Shown here: positions 9,529-19,105 of the stretch, piece after piece
How the letters are laid out: each line of letters opens with the position of its first letter
How positions within the stretch are numbered: position 1 is the first letter of the stretch
Source: an uncultured Gammaproteobacteria bacterium
GTDB taxonomy: Bacteria; Patescibacteriota; Microgenomatia; Levybacterales; UBA12049
NCBI GenBank assembly: GCA_965230895.1
Contig: OZ246394.1
Span: 101,879 to 165,878, forward strand
Direction of reading: 5' to 3'
DNA length: 64,000 nucleotides
Made by a program: the position numbers and the translations under genes
Notes under the pieces: model-generated
The model's database searches: none
What the model was told of the DNA's origin: nothing
Seen by the model: the letters and a program-made list of their open reading frames with translations, nothing else

Positions 9529-10470
9529 ATGAAAAAACCGGAATATCAAGTATTGCTCTACTATAAATATGTCGACGTTGCTATACCTGAGAAAGTCAGA
9601 GAAGAGCAGCGAAGACTGTGTCGTGAACTCAATTTAAAGGGACGTATCATTGTCGCGAAAGAGGGGATTAATGGAACATTGGAAGGTTTAACTGAAGATA
9701 CGGAAAAGTATATTGAAGCGATGGAACAAAGTGAATACTTTAAAGGTATTCATTATAAAAAAAGTCCTGGTGATGGAAAGGGTTTTCCAAAACTTTCAGT
9801 TAAGGCACGAGATGAAGTTGTTACTGCTCGCATGGTTGACCTTAACCCAAATAAAGTAACGGGAAAATATCTTACAGCAGATGAACTTCACGAATGGTTT
9901 GAGAGCGGGAAAGAGTTCTATATTGTTGATATGCGAAATGATTATGAATATAGTTCAGGTCATTTTGAAGGATTTATTCCTTCAGGCTTACATAATTTCT
10001 TTGATCTTCCAGATGTCTTGCCAAAGATTGCTCATTTGAAAAATAAAACAGTTCTTACAGTCTGCACTGGTGGAATTCGTTGTGAAAAAGCTTCAGGATT
10101 TTTAGTAGAAAATGGTTTTAACGATGTCTATCAATTACTTGATGGAATTCAAACATATATGGAGAAATATCCTAATAAACATTTCAAAGGGAAGTTATAT
10201 GTGTTTGATGGACGAATGACATTGGGCTTTAATACTGATTCTCCGGAACATGAAATTGTGGGCAAATGTTTCCACTGTGGCAAAGCAGCTGACACGTATA
10301 CCAACTGTGAATATGATATGTGTCATTATCATTATATCTGCTGTGAAGATTGTCATGATGAAGAAACTGGAATGACATTTGATAAACCAGAGTGTAAGGT
10401 GAATTACTTTAAGTACCAAAAACCTAAGATGGACGCAAAAAAGCAAAAATCTTCTCAAGCTTCAGCATAA
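9529..10470 (+). CDS. trhO: rhodanese-domain tRNA uridine(34) hydroxylase TrhO (UPF0176/YceA family)
   Basis: N-terminus (YQVLLYYKYVDVAIPEKVREEQRRLC...GRIIVAKEGINGTLEG) is characteristic of YceA/TrhO. Rhodanese active-site loop CTGGIRCEKAS. Cys-rich C-terminal tail. Confidence 0.7.
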   Translation: MKKPEYQVLLYYKYVDVAIPEKVREEQRRLCRELNLKGRIIVAKEGINGTLEGLTEDTEKYIEAMEQSEYFKGIHYKKSPGDGKGFPKLSVKARDEVVTARMVDLNPNKVTGKYLTADELHEWFESGKEFYIVDMRNDYEYSSGHFEGFIPSGLHNFFDLPDVLPKIAHLKNKTVLTVCTGGIRCEKASGFLVENGFNDVYQLLDGIQTYMEKYPNKHFKGKLYVFDGRMTLGFNTDSPEHEIVGKCFHCGKAADTYTNCEYDMCHYHYICCEDCHDEETGMTFDKPECKVNYFKYQKPKMDAKKQKSSQASA

Positions 10471-10544
10471 GCCTCCATTGACAAATTGTTGAGATTACAC
10501 CATGATAAAGCTAACCTCGATTGGTTCGAAAGGGGGTGAGTATT

Positions 10545-10967
10545 GTGGATCTACAAATAAATTACTTGGCTGTTCTTCTTGCTGGAATTGGTTCAATGGT
10601 TGTTGGTTTTCTTTGGTATTCTCATCTTCTGTTTGCAAAACCTTGGATGAAGCAAATGGGCTATACAAAAGAGAGTATGGCAAAAGAGCAGAAACAAGCA
10701 GGCCCTTGGTATGCATTGAGTTTTATTGCGGCACTTGTTACAGCATTTATGCTTGCGCATGTGATGGCTCTTTCTGAACACTTTTACGGATATACACCAT
10801 TGACGACAGGATTAACCTCCGCCTTTTTTATGTGGTTAGGTTTCGTCGCTCCAGTGCAGTTAACTGACGTTATATTTGGAAGTAAAAAGACAAAGCTTTT
10901 CCTTATAAATACAGGATACCAACTTACAGCTTTGGTTGTGATGGGTGTTGTGCTTGGCATTCTATAG
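10545..10967 (+). CDS. DUF1761-family small membrane protein (copy 1)
   Basis: Motif INYLAVLLAGIGSMVVGFLWYS...KPWMKQMG plus 3-4 TM helices. Paralogous to 30477..30869. Probable GTG start 6 nt after SD AAGGGGGTGA; the ORF-track ATG at 10521 contains the SD itself. Confidence 0.5.
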   Translation: MDLQINYLAVLLAGIGSMVVGFLWYSHLLFAKPWMKQMGYTKESMAKEQKQAGPWYALSFIAALVTAFMLAHVMALSEHFYGYTPLTTGLTSAFFMWLGFVAPVQLTDVIFGSKKTKLFLINTGYQLTALVVMGVVLGIL

Positions 10968-11051
10968 TTACATACTTTACTATTTTTTAGAAGACACTCA
11001 AATGAGGGTAAATTGCGTGCTTTTTAGCCTTATCTGATTTATAATTGTAAC

Positions 11052-12176
11052 GTGGTACAATCTGTTGACCAAATGAGTCCAATATCTGAACCTTTGCCTT
11101 CGACGAAATGGTATCATCGTCGGTCTGTTTTACTGTTTTTTTCACTACTTTGTATTTGTGGTTTAGTAGGGCTTTTTATAATGCGAAACTCTTCTTCCCA
11201 ACCAGTCCAAAAAGTTACGAATACTATTAAAACTATGGCATCAATCCCGACTGATATTCCAAAACCAACTCCATATCCTTTTTATGACTTAACAATTCCA
11301 TATCTTCGTGAACAAACATACTTAAGTACCTTAAGTAATCTTGAAGAAGTTTCAAGTAATGATAGTTATACATCCTATGTGACGAGTTTTACATCTGATG
11401 GATTAAAAATAAATGGATGGTTAACACGTCCAGCTGGAGATATGCCTGAGGGTGGATGGCCAGCGATTGTATTCATCCATGGATATTTACCACCACGTTC
11501 ATATGAGACCTTGGGCCAACCATATTCAACATATGTAGATTATCTTGCGAAGAATGGATTTGTTGTCTACAAAATTGACCTTCGTGGACATGGTAATTCA
11601 CAGGGAGAGCCAGGTGGGGCTTACTATTCATCAGATTATGTTATTGATACGCTTAATGCGTACAGTGCTTTACAAAAAGCCGATTTTGTAAATCCTAAAA
11701 AAGTTGGAATCTGGGGACACAGTATGGCAGGAAATGTTTCAATGAGAGCTGTTGCTACGAAACCAGATATTCCAGCTGTTGTTATCTGGGGCGGGGCAGG
11801 ATATACATATACTGATTTAATTTCATATCGAATTACAGATTCAAGCTATGACCCTTCTCAAAGTAGTGCTACTCGAACTCGGAAAAGAGAGCAAATCCGC
11901 AAGCTTTACGGAGATCCTGATCCTACAAAAGTTTTTTGGCAACAAATGGCACCAACAAGTTATTTACGTGATATCACGGGAGCAATAGAGTTACATCATG
12001 CAGAGGACGATAATGTGGTTGATGTTCGTTATAGTCGTGACCTTAATGCACTTTTAGATAAAACTTCTGTGAATCATGAGTTTTATGAATATCCAACTGG
12101 AGGCCATAATATTTCTGGAGAAAGTTTTACTGTTGCTATGCAGCGAACAGTAGATTTTTTTAAGAAGTATTTGTAG
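11052..12176 (+). CDS. membrane-anchored alpha/beta-hydrolase (S9/dienelactone-hydrolase-like serine hydrolase)
   Basis: N-terminal TM. Nucleophile elbow GIWGHSMAG (GxSxG), with Asp and His candidates downstream (HAEDD, GGHN). Confidence 0.6.
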   Translation: MVQSVDQMSPISEPLPSTKWYHRRSVLLFFSLLCICGLVGLFIMRNSSSQPVQKVTNTIKTMASIPTDIPKPTPYPFYDLTIPYLREQTYLSTLSNLEEVSSNDSYTSYVTSFTSDGLKINGWLTRPAGDMPEGGWPAIVFIHGYLPPRSYETLGQPYSTYVDYLAKNGFVVYKIDLRGHGNSQGEPGGAYYSSDYVIDTLNAYSALQKADFVNPKKVGIWGHSMAGNVSMRAVATKPDIPAVVIWGGAGYTYTDLISYRITDSSYDPSQSSATRTRKREQIRKLYGDPDPTKVFWQQMAPTSYLRDITGAIELHHAEDDNVVDVRYSRDLNALLDKTSVNHEFYEYPTGGHNISGESFTVAMQRTVDFFKKYL

Positions 12177-12192
12177 TACTATTAAATAAGTT

Positions 12193-13176
12193 ATGATGCG
12201 TTATTATGATTTCAATGGTCCTCAAGCGAGGCGGCCATCCAGAAGAGTCAAAAGAAAAAGTATGAAAGTAGTGAGCTTTATGCTGCTTGCTTTTATCGTG
12301 CTACCAACAATAATTGGGACGTATGTCTTTAATCGTGATCAATTCTCTTCTAAGAAAGAGACATTGGCTATGACTATTGCTCCAACCGCAACTTCAATTC
12401 CTACAGCGACACCACCATTACAATCAGATGAGATTGATAAAATTGTGAAGGGAGAGCTTGAAGGTACAAAAGGAAAATATAGTGTTGTCGTCCGTAATTT
12501 AAATACTGGAGAAGCGTATGCATATAATGAACATCAGAAATACCAAGCAGCAAGTCTTTATAAATTGTGGGTTATGGCTGTTGCTTATAACCAAATCCAA
12601 GATGGTAAATTAAAAGAAAACGAAGTATTGGCGAGTGACGTTGCAACTATTAACGCAAAGTTTAACATTGGAACTGAATCTGCGGAGTTGAAAGAAGGTT
12701 CTGTATCGTTCCCAGTAAATCAAGCATTACAGCAGATGATAACAATTTCTCATAATTATGCAGCCTTACTTCTTGCACAGAAAGTAAAATTATCTAACAT
12801 TACAACTTTCTTAAAGGATCACAACTACACTGAATCAAAAGTAGGTTCTCCGCCACAAACGACTGCATATGATGTAGCGAATTTTATGGAGGATCTCTAT
12901 GATGGCAAGTTGGCAAACGCAGAAAAAACTTCAACTATGATTGATCTCTTAAAACGCCAACGTTTAAATAATAAATTACCAAAGAATCTTCCTGAGGGAA
13001 CTGTAATCGCTCATAAAACAGGCGAGCTCAGCGGAGTTACTCATGATGCTGGAATTGTATATACAGATAAGGGTAATTATATAATTGTTGTCATGTCTGA
13101 AAGTACTTTACCTGCGGCAGCAGAAGATCGGATAGCAAATATTTCAAAAGATATCTACGAGTATTTTGAGAAGTAA
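12193..13176 (+). CDS. class A beta-lactamase-like serine hydrolase, membrane-anchored
   Basis: N-terminal TM. S-x-x-K (AASLYK), a possible SDN-like element and KTG (AHKTGEL) in the order expected for class A beta-lactamase/PBP-like folds. Confidence 0.55.
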   Translation: MMRYYDFNGPQARRPSRRVKRKSMKVVSFMLLAFIVLPTIIGTYVFNRDQFSSKKETLAMTIAPTATSIPTATPPLQSDEIDKIVKGELEGTKGKYSVVVRNLNTGEAYAYNEHQKYQAASLYKLWVMAVAYNQIQDGKLKENEVLASDVATINAKFNIGTESAELKEGSVSFPVNQALQQMITISHNYAALLLAQKVKLSNITTFLKDHNYTESKVGSPPQTTAYDVANFMEDLYDGKLANAEKTSTMIDLLKRQRLNNKLPKNLPEGTVIAHKTGELSGVTHDAGIVYTDKGNYIIVVMSESTLPAAAEDRIANISKDIYEYFEK

Positions 13177-13177
13177 A

Positions 13178-13729
13178 TTAGTCTTCAGGCTCTGGAGGTA
13201 AAAATTCTTCGCCACCTGAATCAGCTTTTTGTGGATATTCGTTATATTTTAACCAATATACATAGGTACATCCAGTAGCTTTACGTGTTTTACTATCCCA
13301 ACCCGCTGTGCTGCATTTTTTCATTTTCTTTCCAGCATTTGTTGTAAAAAGTACTAATTTATTTCCACATTCAGGGCAATCTTCATCCAAAGGTTCGGTA
13401 CTTCCGTTGATCCATTCAACATAATCACATCCAACAACTTTTTTCGCAGCTGAATCCCAAGATCCTGCAGAGCATTTCTTCATCTTCTTTCCGAAGCGAG
13501 TTGTTGAAAGTATAAGCTTTGAACCACATTTAGGGCATTTCTCATCAAGTTCTTCTGGTTCAACTTCAAACCACTTTACATAGTCACATCCTACGTTCTT
13601 TTTTGTTTCTGGGTCCCAGGAACCTTTTGTGCATCTTTGAAGTTTTCGTCCTGTTTTTGTAACGGTTATTTCTCCAAGAGGAGCCCCACATTTAGGGCAA
13701 ACTTCATCTTTTTGTTTTTCTTCACTCAT
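13178..13729 (-). CDS. protein of three tandem topoisomerase-type C4 zinc-ribbon modules with acidic C-terminal tail
   Basis: Three ~55-aa repeats, each CP(K/E)CG-x11-13-G(R/K)K(L/M)(Q/K)(R/K)C-x3-(S/A)(G)WD-x6-K-x3-GC(D/T)YV(K/E/Y)W. Total 12 Cys. The tail ends ...GGEEFLPPEPED. Confidence 0.65.
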   Translation of the reverse strand: MSEEKQKDEVCPKCGAPLGEITVTKTGRKLQRCTKGSWDPETKKNVGCDYVKWFEVEPEELDEKCPKCGSKLILSTTRFGKKMKKCSAGSWDSAAKKVVGCDYVEWINGSTEPLDEDCPECGNKLVLFTTNAGKKMKKCSTAGWDSKTRKATGCTYVYWLKYNEYPQKADSGGEEFLPPEPED

Positions 13730-13882
13730 GAATACCTATGTTACTGGTTTTATAATTCAGAGTCAAGAGAGACAAAATATGATCAACTATCTCATCTTAG
13801 TATAATTTTATATTATATAAATATATGAGGATTGATGTATAATCTTAAGCAAACGTTAAGGAATCCATTCTACAATTGATTT

Positions 13883-14554
13883 ATGAGAATTTTGGTAGTC
13901 GAAGATGAAGAGAAAATAGCAAATGCAATGAAGCGTGCTTTAGAGCTCCAAAAGTATGCAGTGGATGTCGCATACAATGGAGATGATGGTTTGGACCTGG
14001 CAATAGGAGAAAAGTTTGATTTGATAATTCTTGATTTAATGTTACCTGGTGTTGATGGGTTAACTATATGCAAAAAAATCCGCTCAGAAGGTATTCATAC
14101 ACCTGTACTTATGCTCACTGCTAAAGGTCAGATATCAGATAAAGTGACTGGACTTGATATGGGTGCGGATGATTATATGCAGAAACCTTTTTCATTCGAG
14201 GAGCTCTTTGCACGAATTAGAGCTCTCGTTCGGCGACCTACACATGTAAGTGAGCCAGTATTAAAGATTGGAAATCTTTCTCTGGATCCAACGAACTTTG
14301 CAGTAAAAAGGGAGGGACAAAATATTATCCTCTCCGTTAAAGAATATTCTCTCCTAGAATACTTAATGAGAAATAAGAAAAATGTTTTATCCCGTGAACA
14401 GATAGTTTCTCATGTCTGGGATTATGATGCGGATATCTTGCCAACTACTGTTGAGGTGCATATGAAACATCTTCGTGATAAAGTAGATACACCTTTTGCC
14501 CATAAGTATATAAAGACAATCCGCGGCAGAGGGTACACGATAAACGAAGATTAA
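13883..14554 (+). CDS. OmpR-family two-component response regulator
   Basis: Receiver domain (DLIILDLMLPGVDG, phospho-acceptor Asp) plus winged-helix C-terminal domain (TIRGRGY). Confidence 0.85.
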   Translation: MRILVVEDEEKIANAMKRALELQKYAVDVAYNGDDGLDLAIGEKFDLIILDLMLPGVDGLTICKKIRSEGIHTPVLMLTAKGQISDKVTGLDMGADDYMQKPFSFEELFARIRALVRRPTHVSEPVLKIGNLSLDPTNFAVKREGQNIILSVKEYSLLEYLMRNKKNVLSREQIVSHVWDYDADILPTTVEVHMKHLRDKVDTPFAHKYIKTIRGRGYTINED

Positions 14555-14556
14555 TC

Positions 14557-15561
14557 ATGTTTGAATCAGCCCGTTTGAAATTAACTGCCTGGTATTTGCT
14601 CATAATCATGCTTATTAGCGTGTTTTTTAGCATAGCCTTTTATCATTCCTCGACACGTGAAATACAAATGCTTATCGATCGTATCAAGATGGACCAGCAA
14701 AGAACAAAAGATAGTGTATTTATATTTAGCAATAGACCCTCATTGCCATTTACACTGGATGAACTTGAAGATGCCAAACAAAGAATAATGATTAACTTAA
14801 CTATTCTTAATGGAATCATCCTTGTTTTTGCAGGCGCTGCTGGTTATTTTCTTGCTGGGAGAACATTGCGACCTATTAAGATAATGATCGATGAGCAAAA
14901 TCAATTTATTTCTAGCTCTTCGCACGAACTTCGTACTCCTATTACTTCAATGCGCGCTGAGATGGAAGGGAATCTCATGGAAAAACATATATCAGATAAA
15001 AGAGCACGTGCTCTTATAAAAAGCAATTTAGAAGAACTAGCAGAGCTTCAAGAGTTAACAAATAATCTCTTACAGCTTGCACAAGTGCATTCAATCCAAT
15101 TAGCAAAATACGATGAAGAGGTTTCAATAAAAAATACATTACTTTCTGTTCAGAAAAAGATTTCGCCTTTAGCAAAAAAGAAAAATATTCGGTGCGACTT
15201 TAATTTAGTTGATGGAATTGTTATTGGTCAGGAAAAAAATTTGAGGGAAGTTTTCGTGATCCTTTTGGAAAACGCGATTAAATATAGTCCAGAAAAATCG
15301 ACAATTAAAGTCGTTTCAAAAAAGATAAAAAATACAATTGAAGTTTCCGTAAAAGACAAGGGGATTGGTATCTCCGAAACAGACCTTCCAAGGATATTTG
15401 AACGATTCTATCGTGCTGATAAATCACGCCATAAAGATGGTTATGGACTTGGACTTTCGATCGCTAAAAAGATTGTAGAAATGCATGGTGGATCAATAAA
15501 AGCAGAAAGTAAAGAAGGCAAAGGTTCTCTATTTATTGTGACACTTCCGCTTAAAAAGTAA
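14557..15561 (+). CDS. sensor histidine kinase (HisKA + HATPase_c)
   Basis: Two N-terminal TM segments. H-box SSSSHELRTPITSM. N/G boxes (LENAIKYS, DKGIGIS, GYGLGLSIAK, HGGSI). Confidence 0.85.
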   Translation: MFESARLKLTAWYLLIIMLISVFFSIAFYHSSTREIQMLIDRIKMDQQRTKDSVFIFSNRPSLPFTLDELEDAKQRIMINLTILNGIILVFAGAAGYFLAGRTLRPIKIMIDEQNQFISSSSHELRTPITSMRAEMEGNLMEKHISDKRARALIKSNLEELAELQELTNNLLQLAQVHSIQLAKYDEEVSIKNTLLSVQKKISPLAKKKNIRCDFNLVDGIVIGQEKNLREVFVILLENAIKYSPEKSTIKVVSKKIKNTIEVSVKDKGIGISETDLPRIFERFYRADKSRHKDGYGLGLSIAKKIVEMHGGSIKAESKEGKGSLFIVTLPLKK

Positions 15562-15648
15562 TTTGTTCTAGCTCTCCAATAAAGCAATTATTAAGATTGT
15601 AAAGATACAATAACACAGTACTACATGAGAAAGGAGGTGAGTAATATC

Positions 15649-16191
15649 TTGAAGAAAAAAGCAATATTAACAGCTGCTGCAGTATCAGTCCTCGGCGCAG
15701 GAATTTTATCTGCATCCACAGCTTTTGCACAAACGACAACATCCACACAAGATCCGATGAATTCTATTGTGCAAAAAATAGCTGATAAGTTCAATCTCAA
15801 CAAGGATGATGTTCAAGCTGTGTTTGATGAGGCACATGAAGAGCAACATGCAAAAATGGAAGCAAATTTTGAATCGCAACTTTCCCAATATGTGAGCGAG
15901 GGAAAGATAACAGAGGCTCAAAAGAAGCTTATCATTGAAAAGCGAACTGAGATGGAATCTCAAATGAAAGCCGATCGGGATTCATTCAAGAATCTTTCGC
16001 AAGACGAGCGAAAGTCTCAGATGGAAACAAAGAGAGCGGAGCTTGAATCTTGGGCGAAAGAAAATAATATAGACCTTCAATATTTAATGCCAAAGTTCGG
16101 TAAAGGAGGTCCTGGAATGGGGGGACATAGAGGATTTGGTCAAGGCGCAGATGATCAACAATCTACTGTTGCTCCAACAGCAACCCAATAA
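15649..16191 (+). CDS. secreted helical protein (possible Spy/CpxP-like periplasmic protein) downstream of the two-component system
   Basis: Signal peptide (KKKAILTAAAVSVLGAGILSASTAFA), helical K/E/Q-rich body and a Gly-rich tail. SD AGGAGGTG lies inside the ORF-track ATG model at 15625; the probable start is TTG 15649, 9 nt after the SD. Confidence 0.45.
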   Translation: MKKKAILTAAAVSVLGAGILSASTAFAQTTTSTQDPMNSIVQKIADKFNLNKDDVQAVFDEAHEEQHAKMEANFESQLSQYVSEGKITEAQKKLIIEKRTEMESQMKADRDSFKNLSQDERKSQMETKRAELESWAKENNIDLQYLMPKFGKGGPGMGGHRGFGQGADDQQSTVAPTATQ

Positions 16192-16291
16192 AAGAGAAGT
16201 TCATAGGGAAAACTTCAAAGCAGCTCTCGACGAAACTCGGGAGCTGTTCTGGTGGAATTTGGAAAAAATATAATTTATAATACGAGTAAAG

Positions 16292-17743
16292 ATGAGTTTT
16301 GTTAAAAAAGATAAATACTATAAGCTTATTCTTATCCTAGTAACTCTTACATGTCTCACATTCTTCATTGCCTATGCAGTTTTATCAGTTGTTCGTCACG
16401 CTAATTATCAGTCATTTGGATATGATTTAGGTATAAACAATCAAGTAGTATGGCGGTACAGCACTTTCCAACCTCCGATTACTACTTCTGATCCTTTCCC
16501 TGGAGAAACAAAACTAGTGACTCATGTGGAATTCGTCTATGCGTTGCTAGCACCTTTTTATTGGATCTGGAGTACTGCACGCATGCTACTTATAGTTGAC
16601 GCTTTATTAATTAGTTTATCTGCTTTCGCAGTTTATTTACTTGCAAAAAAGTACAAGCTTCATGCAAGTTTATGTATAGCGTTACCATTTTCTTACCTTA
16701 TGTTTTATGGTGTGCAAAATGCTATGTGGTTTGATGTGCATAGTTCAAGTTTTGCAGCTGGATTCTTAGCATGGTTTTTATATTTCATTGATAGTAAAAA
16801 GTACAAATTTTCCTGGATTTTTCTTATTCTTGCTATAACTGCAAAAGAGAATATTGGTTTGCTCACATTGCTTATTTGTGTAATATATTTTTGGAAATAT
16901 CGAACAAAGCAAATTATCTGGATGGGTGTTCTATCTATCACGTATTTAATTTTTGTTTATCTCGTTTATTTCCCTTACGTAGTTCAAAAAGAATACTTAT
17001 ATCAGAACAATCAGGGGTTACTCTCAAATCTTAATCCAATAAGTCTTGTTGATTCTTCTGAAAAAAGAGAAGCGATATTTTATTCATTTGCATCTTTTGG
17101 TTTTCTTCCACTGTTGCTCCCTTTCTATCTTCTTCCTGCGATTGGAGATTTTGCGACCTATTTTATTCTCGCGAGTGATTTGACTGCCTCGCATGGAATT
17201 TACATGCACTACCGAGTGACTCTTGCACCATTGTTTCTTTGGGTACTTATACTAGTTCTTTCACGGTATAGACTTTTAAACAATAAATATATTGCAGTAT
17301 ATCTTGTAATTTGTGCATTCGCAGTTCAATATATGCTTCATCTACCGTTAAGTTACCTTACAAAGTCATGGTTTTGGACACCAGCCAGTGGTGTCCTGCA
17401 TATGGATAATGTTAAACATATTCTCCCAAATAATGTATCTGTCGTGGCTCAAAATAATATAGTTCCTCACATTAGCCAGAGAGATCAAATTTATACGTTA
17501 TACCCTGAAAAGAAGAAATTTTTACTGAAAGATTCACCATGTGGTGTTGAGATTTGTGATTGGTTCCGATGGGAGGGAAGACCAGCATTTCTTTTTGTTG
17601 ATACATCGCCGGAGTGGGATGCAAGGCATTTATTAACTGATAGAGATGCATATGTAAAAGGTTTAGAAAATATGAAGGCGAAGAAGATAATTGAAGCGTA
17701 TAGAGTTGACGGTAGTGCTGTGCTTTATAAGATAAATTACTAG
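16292..17743 (+). CDS. polytopic integral membrane protein (about 12 TM), possible GT-C-like glycosyltransferase/DUF2079-like
   Basis: Many hydrophobic helices across 483 aa. No soluble catalytic motif recognised. Confidence 0.45.
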   Translation: MSFVKKDKYYKLILILVTLTCLTFFIAYAVLSVVRHANYQSFGYDLGINNQVVWRYSTFQPPITTSDPFPGETKLVTHVEFVYALLAPFYWIWSTARMLLIVDALLISLSAFAVYLLAKKYKLHASLCIALPFSYLMFYGVQNAMWFDVHSSSFAAGFLAWFLYFIDSKKYKFSWIFLILAITAKENIGLLTLLICVIYFWKYRTKQIIWMGVLSITYLIFVYLVYFPYVVQKEYLYQNNQGLLSNLNPISLVDSSEKREAIFYSFASFGFLPLLLPFYLLPAIGDFATYFILASDLTASHGIYMHYRVTLAPLFLWVLILVLSRYRLLNNKYIAVYLVICAFAVQYMLHLPLSYLTKSWFWTPASGVLHMDNVKHILPNNVSVVAQNNIVPHISQRDQIYTLYPEKKKFLLKDSPCGVEICDWFRWEGRPAFLFVDTSPEWDARHLLTDRDAYVKGLENMKAKKIIEAYRVDGSAVLYKINY

Positions 17744-17780
17744 TTTTATTTTAGAAGTTTAACGTGTTATACTGACCACA

Positions 17781-18299
17781 ATGGACTTCTCCTTTAAAAC
17801 TATTATTGGAATCATCTTTGTCCTCATCGGCGTAAGCATTATTTTTAACTTTAATATTGGAAAATATCTATTTCCTGCATTTTTAATTATCCTCGGAATC
17901 AGTTTGCTTTTTGGACATAATGGACCGCACGGATTAGGGAATCAAAGTACTTCAAGTCAAAATGTTCTCAATGAATCAGCAGCATTTAGTTCAGTTAATA
18001 AAAAAGTAGAAACAAATGATTTTAAAGGGGGAAAAGTCGATATCGTCTTTGGTGGAGGTGAAATTGATCTCCGCAAAGCCAAAATTGCAAAAGGAGGTAC
18101 AGTTGATCTTGAAGTAAATGCAGTTTTTGGTGGAGTTAAAATCATTGTTCCAGAAAACTGGACAGTGAATAGTAACGTAACTGGAGTATTTGGAGGTTTT
18201 GAAAATCAGACAAAACTTCCTTCTTCAGGGAAAGAACAGGGAAGACTTAATCTTAAAGGCGCTGCTGTATTTGGTGGAGGTTCAGTAGTTAATAAATAA
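17781..18299 (+). CDS. LiaF-like / DUF2154-type membrane protein with C-terminal beta-helical repeat domain
   Basis: Two N-terminal TM helices, then repeated VFGG(V/G)-x-I motifs (VDIVFGGGEIDL, NAVFGGVKIIVPENW, TGVFGGFEN, AAVFGGGSVV). Confidence 0.45.
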   Translation: MDFSFKTIIGIIFVLIGVSIIFNFNIGKYLFPAFLIILGISLLFGHNGPHGLGNQSTSSQNVLNESAAFSSVNKKVETNDFKGGKVDIVFGGGEIDLRKAKIAKGGTVDLEVNAVFGGVKIIVPENWTVNSNVTGVFGGFENQTKLPSSGKEQGRLNLKGAAVFGGGSVVNK

Positions 18300-18300
18300 T

Positions 18301-18705
18301 ATGACAAAGCAAAAAATTACAGGTTTTGGTGGTTTTTTCTTCAGATCAAAAAATCCAGACAAATTAAGTGAATGGTACGAAAAGAACTTTGGAATTAATT
18401 CCATTAATAGCACGGAAGTTTGGATGCAACAGTCTGGTCCTACTGTTTTTGCTCCCTTCCCTGAAGACACAGATTATTTTGGCTCACCCAAACAACAAGC
18501 GATGTTAAATTTCCGAGTTAACGATCTTGATGCAATGCTCGCACAGCTTGCAGAAAATGATGTAAAAATTGATGAAAAACGGACAGAGGATTCAATTGGA
18601 AAATTTGCTTCTGTATATGACCTTGAAGGAAATAAAATAGAACTTTGGGAACCATCATCTAAATGGAAAGATTCCCAACCTGAAGATGCTTCAAAACGTT
18701 CTTAG
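18301..18705 (+). CDS. VOC/glyoxalase-like family protein
   Basis: 134 aa. Beta-alpha-beta-beta-beta-like pattern (ITGFGGFFFRSKNPDKLSEWYEKNFG, KIELWEP) consistent with the glyoxalase/bleomycin-resistance fold. Confidence 0.45.
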   Translation: MTKQKITGFGGFFFRSKNPDKLSEWYEKNFGINSINSTEVWMQQSGPTVFAPFPEDTDYFGSPKQQAMLNFRVNDLDAMLAQLAENDVKIDEKRTEDSIGKFASVYDLEGNKIELWEPSSKWKDSQPEDASKRS

Positions 18706-19034
18706 TGAGGCTTTTTCTTCTTCGGCTTTGGTAGAGGAAGCTCTGCAGCAGTCTCAGCGATAAGTGTACTTAAGTATCCTCGATCATCCCAATAATCTTC
18801 CGAAATAAGAAAATACATTCTTGCTCCAGGGTAGGGTGGGGCTTCTTGGAGATCTTCTATAAGTACTTTTCCTCGTTCTGTGGGTTTAACAAATAACTGA
18901 TCATCGCATACAAAAGCCACAACTTTTTCATTACAATAAATTGCGTATTCTCCAAACATTTTATGAAATCTAATAGTGCCTGCGCCAAGCATCTGTTCTG
19001 CAAGAAATTCTACAGTCGAAAGTTTGGAGGCCAT
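18702..19034 (-). CDS. TfoX N-terminal-domain protein (competence-regulator-like, N-domain only)
   Basis: MFGEYAIYCNEKVVAFVCDDQLFVKPT and the overall 110-aa length match the TfoX_N domain. Lys-rich tail. Confidence 0.55.
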   Translation of the reverse strand: MASKLSTVEFLAEQMLGAGTIRFHKMFGEYAIYCNEKVVAFVCDDQLFVKPTERGKVLIEDLQEAPPYPGARMYFLISEDYWDDRGYLSTLIAETAAELPLPKPKKKKPH

Positions 19035-19105
19035 AAAATAAGTATACTTGAATCATAAAATATTTGTAGAATAATTATTGCTAGTGTGCTATCTTAGTTC
19101 ATGCC

